53,010 bases of DNA from positions 1-53,010 of IMG/VR virus record IMGVR_UViG_3300034631_000008. One strand, 5' to 3'. This stretch comes from a virus (taxonomy: Duplodnaviria; Caudoviricetes). Positions 38,226 to 46,732 of the stretch are shown in pieces (position 1 is the first letter of the stretch; every line of letters starts with the position of its first letter). The notes beneath the pieces were generated by a model. That model saw only the letters and a list, made by a program, of their open reading frames with translations, had not been told where the DNA came from and searched no databases. Made by a program: the position numbers and the translations under genes.

Positions 38226-38522
38226 TCAGATCCTTTCGCCAGGGCGTGGGGTTTCAGGGCGGTGCCAGGGGATTGAGCCGCCGACGGCATTCTCGGCCCG
38301 GGTGTCGATCAGCCGGGTCAGAACAGCGTCGAGGGATTCCGAGAGTGGGCGGAGAGGCCCAGCCGGAGCCGGGCCTTCCTCGACGAGCGTGCGCGGATTG
38401 CCGGGTGCAAAGGCACCCTCTCCCAAGCCCGGCGCGCATCCGTGCAATCTCGAAGGGCTCGTCGGCCTCCGCTTGGACGTCTCGGGAGAGGTGTTCGTAT
38501 TGGCTGGGCGGAGGGCGCTCAC
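38226..38522 (-). CDS. Hypothetical protein
   Basis: GTGA overlap, fills operon gap. Confidence 0.4.
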   Translation of the reverse strand: MSALRPANTNTSPETSKRRPTSPSRLHGCAPGLGEGAFAPGNPRTLVEEGPAPAGPLRPLSESLDAVLTRLIDTRAENAVGGSIPWHRPETPRPGERI

Positions 38523-39790
38523 AGCATCAGCGGCTGCACAGAGCCGTCCCTGAAAACGCTATCCATCGGGGTGTCGGCCTGCGGCTCGTCGCCGGTCCAA
38601 CCTTGCGGCCAGGTCTCCGCAGCGATCAGGGCCCGGATGCGGGCCGCTTCTTCTGCGTTGAGGATGTCGACGCCAGGACGACCGAGGCGCGCGGCTGCGT
38701 CGTTGCATTCGGCCTGAATGGCTTCGATGCGCTCAAGCGCCATCAGCCGGGCAGCGAATGTCAGTGGCCCCATCCGCTGCTTGTTCTTGCCGGTGGCGAC
38801 CGTCCGTACATCATCGAGCGACGGGCCGCCGTTGTGTCCGATGGTTGCGTCGGCAGTGACGGGATCAAAGCCTGTCTTCTTGATCCGGTGCCGGCTTTCC
38901 CGCAGCTCACGATAGATCGGCTTCAGACCGCGGAGCGGCGCTAGGTGAGCCCATGCGGGGGTGGCTAGGACGGTTTCTAGGGCGAGGTCTTTGGAGGCCA
39001 GCGGGCAGCCGATGCAGCCAGTGCGAGCCGCGATCTCTGCCGCCTCGTCACCGCCGTAGGCGTCGGCAATCGCAACGGTCGCCCAGCCGCCGTACTCCTT
39101 CATCGGCGCGTAGATGCGGAGCCAGTCCCACACGTTGCAGACCCGCCAGTGCAGGATCGGCGCCAACGTCGCGATCCGCCCGCGGATGCCCTTCGCCTGC
39201 GGCAGGACCTCCTGATACCAGCCCTGCCCGCACTCGGCGCCGTCCTTGCCGCAGGACATGGCGATGCGCTGGTCTCGCACGGCGCTCTCGCCCTGGCGGA
39301 CGCCGGTGATCATCAGGACCTTCCCGTCGATCTGTTCAAGCCGCTCGGCGATGGCCTGCGCCATCGGATCAACCTTGACCTGACGGGTGCACCAGCGGAG
39401 CGTATTGTTGTTCGGCGGCGGGACGCCCCGGCCAAGGATGTAGACCAGAAAGCGCTTATCCATCGGCGCGCGGACAACCTGGCACTCAATCCCGCGTGCG
39501 GCGAGCTGATCCATGATTGTGAAAGCGGACGCCTGAAGGGGCGGAAGCTCCTGTCGGGTGTCGGCATAGAAGACAGTCAGCGACTTCGGTGCCGCAATCC
39601 GCCCGACGTCGATCAGATGCACAATGAGGGTCAGCACGGCGGACGAGTCTTTGCCGCCCGACCATGCGATGCCCCAGTGGGGATGCTCCGGCCCGTAGGC
39701 CTGCAGCGATGCAACGGTCATTTCGACGGCGTCGTCGTAAACAAGGCGCTTCGATCCCTCGAACAGTGTCGGCTGGGCCGCAGCGCTCAT
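38519..39790 (-). CDS. PAPS reductase-family (DndC-like) protein
   Basis: SGGKDS PP-loop, RWCT..VK..P, GVR..ES..R, RTGCIGC. Confidence 0.9.
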   Translation of the reverse strand: MSAAAQPTLFEGSKRLVYDDAVEMTVASLQAYGPEHPHWGIAWSGGKDSSAVLTLIVHLIDVGRIAAPKSLTVFYADTRQELPPLQASAFTIMDQLAARGIECQVVRAPMDKRFLVYILGRGVPPPNNNTLRWCTRQVKVDPMAQAIAERLEQIDGKVLMITGVRQGESAVRDQRIAMSCGKDGAECGQGWYQEVLPQAKGIRGRIATLAPILHWRVCNVWDWLRIYAPMKEYGGWATVAIADAYGGDEAAEIAARTGCIGCPLASKDLALETVLATPAWAHLAPLRGLKPIYRELRESRHRIKKTGFDPVTADATIGHNGGPSLDDVRTVATGKNKQRMGPLTFAARLMALERIEAIQAECNDAAARLGRPGVDILNAEEAARIRALIAAETWPQGWTGDEPQADTPMDSVFRDGSVQPLML

Positions 39791-40278
39791 TCCGCAGCCG
39801 CCAGCTTGACGCCGGATGCGCCGAAGCACTTCCCGCGAGCCGCTTCCATGCCGCGCGTGATGTCCGCGACGGCTGAGCGGCCTTCCGCCTCGATGCAGGC
39901 CAGCTCCCGCCGGGTGATCACGTCGTCCGCATCGGCGGTGGTGACCGCGAAGACGAACTTGCCCGCATCGACCGCAGCCTGTCCCGCCAGCGAGCACAGC
40001 GGCATGTCGGCGTGCTGGATCTCGTCCCGGCGGATCAGGTAGCCGGCCATCGCTGCGATCGCCTCGAGCATGCACGGATAGCCCGCCGCCGCGTCGATCT
40101 TGCAGAACAGTTCAGCCGGGATCGCGTCGGGATGGTTGTCGCGCTTCCACCGGGTGATCGTCGGCTCGGACACCCCCAGCGCGGCCGCCATGCGAACGCC
40201 GCCGCCGGCCATCTTGCAGGCGCGGTCGAACGCGGCCTTCAACGCCAGAAGTTCGATGGAGAGAGGCTTGTCGCTCAT
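39787..40278 (-). CDS. Phage regulatory (CII-like) protein
   Basis: HTH (AAALGVS..TITRW), AD.VIT.RE. Confidence 0.7.
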   Translation of the reverse strand: MSDKPLSIELLALKAAFDRACKMAGGGVRMAAALGVSEPTITRWKRDNHPDAIPAELFCKIDAAAGYPCMLEAIAAMAGYLIRRDEIQHADMPLCSLAGQAAVDAGKFVFAVTTADADDVITRRELACIEAEGRSAVADITRGMEAARGKCFGASGVKLAAAE

Positions 40279-40660
40279 AGGGGCTCCGAAAGTTCAGGGC
40301 GGCGAATTACGGTGACGGTTGGTCAGGTGCGCGCGATTGTCGCGCCATGAGTGACGACAGCGATCTTGGATGGGTGACGATCGGCGAGGCGGTGGATGCC
40401 GTCTTGGCCGAGTTGGGATTGGGCGACCGGAACGCCGGCTGGGAGGCCCGACGCTCCGGTCTTCAAGCCAGCAGGGAGGACGCCAGCGAAGGAATGGGGG
40501 CCGGACCGGTCATCAAGGCGGGGGGAGCCTCTACCGGTCCGGCTGACACGCGCCTTGGTGGGGAAACCGGCTGCGTGATCCTGATCTTTCCAAGCCCCCA
40601 GCAGCGCGCCGACCGCGCACGCGGCAGACGCCAGCAGCGGCGATCCGACGAGAAGCGCGA

Positions 40661-41143
40661 TCATGCCGCGACCTGCACGGCTTCATTCGCCTCTTTCCGG
40701 CGACGCATCCGTTCAGCCGGCTCGAGCTCCAGCCAGGCAGACGAGCATTCCCGGCAGGACGGCATCCGATGAGAACGGTCGCAGCCTTCGGGGTTGCGGC
40801 ATTCGGGGTTGGCCGGGCCGGTCGGCGCAATGACGGGCGGGGTCGGGAGCGGCATCCAGTGGGTGGGCTGACCTTGCGGGGCCGAGAGCCAATGGTCGGC
40901 TCCTCCGAAGCCGCCCTTCTCGCTTCGGCCGGGGTAGGCGTAAGAAGTCCCGACCCAACCGGCGTCATGCCCTGGCTGGTCGACCTCGTCGTCCACACGG
41001 TCCGACCCAGACATGATCTCGCAGCCGGCCAGCGGTCCGTAGGCGAGGATCGGGGTGTCCTTCGGCGCCGTCTCGATCGGCTGCCACTCGCGCTCGCCGC
41101 AGTAGGCGTTGATGGGGAGGTCGCGGATCGGGTGGTGGGTCAT
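40661..41143 (-). CDS. DUF551-like protein
   Basis: WQPIETAPKD...PTHWMPLP. Confidence 0.75.
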   Translation of the reverse strand: MTHHPIRDLPINAYCGEREWQPIETAPKDTPILAYGPLAGCEIMSGSDRVDDEVDQPGHDAGWVGTSYAYPGRSEKGGFGGADHWLSAPQGQPTHWMPLPTPPVIAPTGPANPECRNPEGCDRSHRMPSCRECSSAWLELEPAERMRRRKEANEAVQVAA

Positions 41144-41571
41144 GCTGCGGCCTCGCTCGGCCGCGCCTGCACGTATTCCCGGATCTCACGAGCATGATCG
41201 CGGCAACCCTTGGCCATCGCGTCGTATTCGGTGGCTCTCGCCAGCAGCTCGTCGTCGGAGAGAAGATCGACAGGCACGAGATGCGACGCGCCTTCCCTGA
41301 TGACGGTGTAAGCCTTCTGGAGGTGGTCGAAGCCCGGAAGGACCATCTGGCCGTCCGCCTTCTTCGGCTTGCTGTCGTACTTGCCGACGCAGCGCTTCAT
41401 CACTTCGTGGACGTGGGCGATGGCGCAGACGCGGTAGAAGGGAACGTCGCTACCGGCGACATCGCCTTTGCTCTCCAGGTACTCGGCGGTCAGCCATTCG
41501 ACCCGAGTGATGACGCCGGCATCGACGCGATCCTGAACGAACTTCCGGACTTCCGTGTAGATGCTATCCAT
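41140..41571 (-). CDS. Hypothetical protein
   Basis: Q..LPGF.HLQ..Y; coupled to neighbours. Confidence 0.75.
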   Translation of the reverse strand: MDSIYTEVRKFVQDRVDAGVITRVEWLTAEYLESKGDVAGSDVPFYRVCAIAHVHEVMKRCVGKYDSKPKKADGQMVLPGFDHLQKAYTVIREGASHLVPVDLLSDDELLARATEYDAMAKGCRDHAREIREYVQARPSEAAA

Positions 41572-41574
41572 CGG

Positions 41575-42267
41575 TCAAATCCTTGTGGCGATGATGTCGT
41601 GGATGCTGTCGATCGACGCGATGTTGGCGCGGACCTTCGCCGTCTGCTTTTCGTCGAGGTTCGGGAGGATCGCTTCGAGATCGGCTTTGCCGAGTTCCGC
41701 CGCGTATTCGCTGACGAGCGCCACGAAGTGCATGGCCTTGTTGAAGGCTTCCGGATCGCGGCCCTTGAGCCACGTCTGAGGATCGGGCGCCGGGCGGGCC
41801 TTCCGGCCTTGATCAGCCAGCGTGGTCAGCGTCGGCGGCGTCGGGCTCTCGACCTGCTCGGTGAATTCCGGCTCGGGCAGGCTGGCAATGCGAACAGCCT
41901 GCTTCGTCTGATGCGGCGACATGCCGGCTTGTTCGGCCACCTCGCGCTGTGTCGGCGCGGGAGCAGAAGGGCGGGCGCCCTCCTTTTTGGTCGTGTCGCC
42001 GCCGCGACCATCGAATTGCTGAAGGAGTTCTCCGGCGCGGCGCATCGCGCGGGCCCTGATGCGCGCCGCCATCCGCTCGAGCTCGAGATCTTCAGCCTGC
42101 TTGGCGTAGGATGCGAGAGCGGCGGCCTTGTCTGCCCAGTCCTTGCACTCGTCGACGGAGGCGCAGTTGGTCAGCGCCGTCTTGGCGTTCTCGTAAGAGA
42201 CCGGAAGGCGAGCATTCGAGACATTCGCCGGGAGTTTGGTGGGAGTAGCGGGCGCGATTTCGATCAT
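41575..42267 (-). CDS. Hypothetical phage protein with HTH-like segment
   Basis: DECKDWADKA.ALASYAKQA...RA.RR.GELL; directly after cro. Confidence 0.78.
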   Translation of the reverse strand: MIEIAPATPTKLPANVSNARLPVSYENAKTALTNCASVDECKDWADKAAALASYAKQAEDLELERMAARIRARAMRRAGELLQQFDGRGGDTTKKEGARPSAPAPTQREVAEQAGMSPHQTKQAVRIASLPEPEFTEQVESPTPPTLTTLADQGRKARPAPDPQTWLKGRDPEAFNKAMHFVALVSEYAAELGKADLEAILPNLDEKQTAKVRANIASIDSIHDIIATRI

Positions 42268-42467
42268 GCGGCCACTCCCTCAGCGTTCGGGGTCGGACGT
42301 TGTGCGACCGCCTCAAGAAGCTTCTGCGCGGAGCCGCGAGGGCGGGTGATGCCTTTCTCCCATCTGGAGACATTCGATCGGTCGACGCCGATCTCTGCTG
42401 CCAGCTCTTCTTGGGAGAGGTTCAGGCGCTTGCGGAGCGCCGCGATATCGATTGGTTTCTGATCCAT
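42264..42467 (-). CDS. cro: Cro-like Xre HTH regulator
   Basis: LSQEELA..IGV.RS.VSRWE.G; divergent from repressor. Confidence 0.9.
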   Translation of the reverse strand: MDQKPIDIAALRKRLNLSQEELAAEIGVDRSNVSRWEKGITRPRGSAQKLLEAVAQRPTPNAEGVAA

Positions 42468-42480
42468 GACGATCGCATAT

Positions 42481-42541
42481 GTGCATAACGCACTTATCCT
42501 CGTCAAGTCGAAACGCACATTCGATCCGGTGCAATTTGCAC
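42481..42541. promoter_or_regulatory. OR operators and divergent pR/pRM promoters
   Basis: GTGCATAACGCAC (42481-93), AGTCGAAACGCAC (42506-18), GTGCAATTTGCAC (42529-41); CTTGAC -35 on minus at 42502-07. Confidence 0.8.
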
Positions 42542-42543
42542 GG

Positions 42544-43158
42544 ATGGATTTTGACGACCGCCCAGAGCCCGCGAGAAGGCTGGAAGAAGCGAGGCTGGCA
42601 CGAGGCTTTAAGAGCGCCCGAGCCGCCGCCGACTACTTCGGGTGGAAGTACGACAGCTATGCTCAGCACGAGAGCGGCCTTCGCGGCCTTTCCAGATCGG
42701 CAAAGCGATATGCGAATGCCTACGGTGTGTCCGAAGGCTGGCTGCTGACCGGCGAGGGAAACGACGAGATCACCAACGTGCCTCACGTCTCTTGGGTGAG
42801 CGCAGGCCAACTGAAGAAGTCAGAGGGTGTGACCTCAGCCGAAATCGAACGGTATGTGCCGGTAGCCAATCTGCCTCGGGGCGACTGGATGGCTTTGACC
42901 GTCCGCGGTGACTCGATGGATCGGATTGCGCCCGAGGGTTCGATTATCGTCCTCAACCACGCCGACGACACGCTGCTCAACGATCGCTTCTACGTCTTCT
43001 CGCTGGAAGGCGGAGAAGCGACATTCAAGCGCTACCGCAGCTCTCCCCGCCCCATGCTGCAGCCGTTCTCGACGAACCTCGACCACATGTCGATTCCCGC
43101 CAATGAAGGCGAGTTCTATGTCGTCGGCCGCGTTCGCCGGGTCATCACCGATGTCTGA
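42544..43158 (+). CDS. cI: CI-like repressor (HTH + S24 autopeptidase)
   Basis: N-terminal HTH, SAG cleavage site, GDSM Ser, TFKR Lys; no RBS, likely leaderless. Confidence 0.92.
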   Translation: MDFDDRPEPARRLEEARLARGFKSARAAADYFGWKYDSYAQHESGLRGLSRSAKRYANAYGVSEGWLLTGEGNDEITNVPHVSWVSAGQLKKSEGVTSAEIERYVPVANLPRGDWMALTVRGDSMDRIAPEGSIIVLNHADDTLLNDRFYVFSLEGGEATFKRYRSSPRPMLQPFSTNLDHMSIPANEGEFYVVGRVRRVITDV

Positions 43159-43522
43159 GAACCCGCCTATCCTCTACGCCCGCCTTCCGGATGCAGCATC
43201 AAGTGCCGGATACGTCGTCCGCGGGCACACGATGGGGGCAATCCGGGACGGATGGATCGTGTTCATCGAGAACAAGCAGAGGCCTCCTGGCGACCATCTC
43301 CTGAACGAGTTGTGCGTGGTCGAGACGAAGGCCGGCGAAAACCTCATCCGCTACGTGCGGAAAGGACGGCGGCCCGGCACGTGGGATCTGGTTACGGTCA
43401 CGGGGCCCGACATGCGAGACGTCCCCGTCGTGTGGGCTGAGCTCGTGATCCTGATCCAGCCGCACAGCCTCTCGGGACCGGAGATTGAGGTTCTCAATCA
43501 GATGGATGGGGTGCTGGGGTGA
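43151..43522 (+). CDS. Stand-alone degenerate S24-like domain
   Basis: VRGHTM..IRDGWIVF, CVV..K.GE.LIR..R.G; overlaps cI stop. Confidence 0.7.
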   Translation: MSENPPILYARLPDAASSAGYVVRGHTMGAIRDGWIVFIENKQRPPGDHLLNELCVVETKAGENLIRYVRKGRRPGTWDLVTVTGPDMRDVPVVWAELVILIQPHSLSGPEIEVLNQMDGVLG

Positions 43523-43561
43523 TCGACGCAGCTGCGCTTGCCTTGAGCGGAGGGTGATGCC

Positions 43562-44470
43562 GTGAGTCATGTCTTCGGCGGCGAACACACTGAACGGAAG
43601 CTTGACGTCGTCGAAGACTACCTGAAGCGCTACACCAGTGCGTTGAGCACGAAGCCATTCACGCTTTGGTACATCGATGCTTTCGCCGGCACAGGATCGC
43701 GAGATGTCGAGCGAGATGTCGGATTATTTGACGAGACCGACGATCCAACGGTTCGGCAAACATTGGACGGCTCGGCGCGTCGCGCCCTAAAGATAGACCC
43801 TCCGTTTCAACATTTCGTTTTCGTAGAAGAGGACGCCGAGCGCGTCGCCACTTTGGAGAACATCCGCAGCGAGTTTCCTGATCGCGATGTGACGATCAAG
43901 TGCGGAGAAGCCAATGAGGCTCTCGCAGACTTCGATTTCTTGAAGACGTGGTCAAGAGTTAACCCGCTCAATCGAGGCGTCGTATTCCTAGACCCATACG
44001 CGCTGCAAGTCGACTGGGCGACGTTGGTCAGCTTGGCTCAGACGAGGAAGATAGACGTCTGGTATCTCTTCCCCATTCGTGATGTCACCCGGCAGCTGGC
44101 GCACGACATTGATGGCGTCGGTCCGAAATCCGGAAGGCTTGATCGCGTCCTCGGGCACGCGTGGCGGGAGTTGTATGCGCCCCCGCCAGCGAACCAATCA
44201 AGCTTATTCGACGCCCCTGTGATCCCTTCTCACAAACGGATAGCGACGAAAGCAGAGATAGAGGATTGGTTTAGGCGAAGGTTGGAAAGCGAGTTCAGCT
44301 TCGTCGCCGATCCGGTTCCGATCGGCGGTCGCGACGATAGCCCGATATTCTCGCTCTTCCTGGCGATCGGCAACAAGAGCGAGAGAGCGAAGCGGCTGGC
44401 AGGTCAATTTGCCAAAGATGTCAGGCGCCGGCATGAGCAGCGGGCATCTCGTCGTATGTCCGGCCGTTGA
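43562..44470 (+). CDS. tcmP: Three-Cys-motif partner protein (MTase-like)
   Basis: HT..KL..V..YL..Y, YIDAFAGTG, GSA..AL, FLDPY. Confidence 0.9.
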   Translation: MSHVFGGEHTERKLDVVEDYLKRYTSALSTKPFTLWYIDAFAGTGSRDVERDVGLFDETDDPTVRQTLDGSARRALKIDPPFQHFVFVEEDAERVATLENIRSEFPDRDVTIKCGEANEALADFDFLKTWSRVNPLNRGVVFLDPYALQVDWATLVSLAQTRKIDVWYLFPIRDVTRQLAHDIDGVGPKSGRLDRVLGHAWRELYAPPPANQSSLFDAPVIPSHKRIATKAEIEDWFRRRLESEFSFVADPVPIGGRDDSPIFSLFLAIGNKSERAKRLAGQFAKDVRRRHEQRASRRMSGR

Positions 44471-45179
44471 GCATCCGACCGGACGCCTTCTTGTTCCGTC
44501 CGCCCCACTGCTTGAAGAAGAACGCTGTGCGCGCTCCACGACACATGCGCTCAATCTCGTCGACCCATGCAGGATCCATGTGACGCGACTTCGGACCTGA
44601 TTCCCCGCCGACGATCGCCCAATGAATATCTGAAAGGTTCGCCCCTGCGACAGAACCGATGAGCGGCTCGAAAGAGATGAACCGGACCGCTGCCGGCACA
44701 CGGCGCAGATCGTCGATGCGATTGATCACCCGGCCATCCTCGACGCTCGTCCCCAGCCAGACATTTGGCAACACAGCGAGTCCGCTGTTTTGCAGCACGT
44801 CGGCCATCCGATCAGGTCGCTTCGTCAGGATCTGGTAGGTGTGGTGCGGCGTGTTCCGCATGACCGTCCAGACCTCGCCGATGAACTCGACAGGCACGCC
44901 GTCATGGAACAGATCCGACATCGAGTTGACGAAGACCCGGCGCGGCGATCGCCACTTGGCGGGTGCCGCCAGCGCGCCATGATCCAGCGTGATTTTCCCG
45001 GTCCAGACCTTCCGCCCGCCGCTGGTCCGAGTGAGGCCGCGGTACTTCTCCTGCCCCATGGCCTCGAGCCGCGCGGCCATTCGCATCGCGTAGCAGTTCG
45101 TGCATCCGGCTGTCAGCACGGTGCATCCCGCCACCGGATTCCAGGTGGCATCCGTCCATTCAATCGAGGTCTCGGCCAT
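44421..45179 (-). CDS. DUF5131 (phage Gp37/Gp68, radical-SAM-like three-Cys) protein
   Basis: IEWTD.TWNP..GC-x6-C-x2-CYA, FVNSMSDLFH, LTKRP, GGESG, FFFKQWGG. Confidence 0.93.
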   Translation of the reverse strand: MAETSIEWTDATWNPVAGCTVLTAGCTNCYAMRMAARLEAMGQEKYRGLTRTSGGRKVWTGKITLDHGALAAPAKWRSPRRVFVNSMSDLFHDGVPVEFIGEVWTVMRNTPHHTYQILTKRPDRMADVLQNSGLAVLPNVWLGTSVEDGRVINRIDDLRRVPAAVRFISFEPLIGSVAGANLSDIHWAIVGGESGPKSRHMDPAWVDEIERMCRGARTAFFFKQWGGRNKKASGRMLNGRTYDEMPAAHAGA

Positions 45180-45255
45180 GGGATGATTCTCCTATGTTCA
45201 TGGCTTAATCTTTTGTAGACCAATTCGGGCTTTCGCGTGCCTGTCGCGTACTATT

Positions 45256-45640
45256 CAACCTTCAGGAGTCTTGGCGTTCTTGGTCCCTGAAGGTTGCGAG
45301 AGGAGGGTTCCGGAGCCAAAGACCCCCCTACCCCCACAGGCCGAAGCCAGCGAAGGTAGGGAGGCCATGGCTGGTCCTGAAGGCCGGAGCCGGATGGGAC
45401 ACTACGCCAGGACGCCTCTCGGCAATCCGTCCTCAGTTTCCGGTCGCACCGTAGGATGATCTAACCCCCGCGCGTGGCGGCTGTACCGGCAGACCCGTTG
45501 CAGAGCCCGTCGCCGCCTTCACCCTTCGAGGTCGCGCATAGACTTGCCTTGCGAGGCAAGATCATTTAACCGAAATCCTGTTCACAGACTTCAGCATGCG
45601 AGACGCGAAGGCCCCGGTTCACCGCCGGGGCTTTTCGCGT
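45256..45640 (-). ncRNA. Candidate structured RNA or long leader upstream of DUF5131
   Basis: Many helices favouring minus strand (G-U pairs), cUUCGg and GAGA tetraloops, upstream promoter. Confidence 0.6.
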
Positions 45641-45642
45641 TC
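45603..45642 (+). terminator. Long hairpin, likely terminator insulating pL
   Basis: ACGCGAAGGCCCCGG-N7-CCGGGGCTTTTCGCGT. Confidence 0.6.
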
Positions 45643-45718
45643 TAGGCCGTGCTCCTGTTCGCCGTCAACAAAAATGTGCGTAACGCACTTGACGTGATGT
45701 GCGTAACGCACGCATATT
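45640..45718. promoter_or_regulatory. OL operators with pL and a divergent promoter
   Basis: GTGCGTAACGCAC at 45676-88 and 45699-711 flanking TTGACG (45689-94) with GCATAT at N17; minus TTGACG (45663-68)-N17-CTAGAA. Confidence 0.8.
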
Positions 45719-45757
45719 AGGCCCATCGAAACGCCACCGCCCCGATGGAGCCCCGAC

Positions 45758-46003
45758 ATGCTGGACACGCCCGAAGCAGCAATCAGCAGACGCGGTTTTC
45801 TTGGCGGCATCGCAGCCACCGTCACCGCAGCCTTCATCCCGGTCATGTCCGGCAAGGCCGACGCCGCTGAGGTGAGTGAGCCGAAGCACCGGAAGCTTCC
45901 CGATGGCTGGGAACATGTCGGCTCGGGCCGCTACCGCTTCACCGCATTCACGTCGACCGAGACCGTGGTGTGGGCAGAAACGCCCGCAATCGCCGCCGCC
46001 TGA
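45758..46003 (+). CDS. Small protein with twin-arginine signal
   Basis: SRRGFL, hydrophobic core, ADA site; GGAG RBS. Confidence 0.7.
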   Translation: MLDTPEAAISRRGFLGGIAATVTAAFIPVMSGKADAAEVSEPKHRKLPDGWEHVGSGRYRFTAFTSTETVVWAETPAIAAA

Positions 46004-46030
46004 CCACCCACCCCCTCTGGAGCCGCCCCG

Positions 46031-46378
46031 ATGAAGCACCCTTTCCGCCCTGACGAAGCGCCTTGGTACATCAACCGCAGCCCGATCGAGGTTGAGACGA
46101 CTGCCGACCTGATCATCTGCGGCGCGCTCATTGCCGAGCCCACGGTCACTCTGACCATCGCGGACGTCCGGACCAACCCGATCGTCGTGAACTACGAGTT
46201 CGAGGACCACGCCGGGACCGTCGTCGAGGTCGATGCCCAGAAGTGGCACGTCACCCACAAGTCCGAGCAGGCGGCATGGCCGGAGATCGCGGTCTTCGTC
46301 AGCGCCTGCGACTGCGCCTTTACCGATGCCGTCCGCGCTGAGGCTGCCGAGCAGCTGCAGACGGCGATGGCGGCCTGA
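46031..46378 (+). CDS. Hypothetical protein
   Basis: GGAG RBS, early operon. Confidence 0.7.
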   Translation: MKHPFRPDEAPWYINRSPIEVETTADLIICGALIAEPTVTLTIADVRTNPIVVNYEFEDHAGTVVEVDAQKWHVTHKSEQAAWPEIAVFVSACDCAFTDAVRAEAAEQLQTAMAA

Positions 46379-46440
46379 GCGGCCGCCCGAATTTCCCCAC
46401 CCCAACCACACACCCCGCCCCGGCGGAATGGGAGCCAGAG

Positions 46441-46680
46441 ATGACGAGCACCAGCAACTATGTCGGCGGCGATGTCAGCGCGCCCGCGAAGTATGAACTC
46501 CGCATCAACGGCACGGTCACCGAGACCAGCAGCAATGTCGTTGACCTTTACTGGAAAGCGCGTTGGGCGGTCTGCGGGAAGCCCGAAGCTCGCGCAGAAG
46601 TCGAAGCTGTCTCTGGCTTCTACGTCAACGCCTTCTTCTCGGATGACACCCTCCTTGAGTGGGAACGCGCCGCCGTCTGA
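46441..46680 (+). CDS. Hypothetical protein
   Basis: GGGAG RBS. Confidence 0.65.
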   Translation: MTSTSNYVGGDVSAPAKYELRINGTVTETSSNVVDLYWKARWAVCGKPEARAEVEAVSGFYVNAFFSDDTLLEWERAAV

Positions 46681-46732
46681 GCCCCCACCGAGGGGCATCG
46701 GCCCCTCATCCCCAACACCGGAGATTGAGACA

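Noticed and set aside
40323-40772. Overlapping ORFs 40323-40664 (-) and 40347-40772 (+)
   Set aside because: Cannot decide which, if either, is real; no family motif
45185-45199. LexA box before DUF5131
   Set aside because: GATT-N7-GTTC has only one good half-site and overlaps the RBS
45256-45640. Retron msr/msd, or 62-aa ORF 45271-45459 as an initiator remnant
   Set aside because: No RT in window; ORF has TTG start and only KTPLPP in support, which the RNA helix explains
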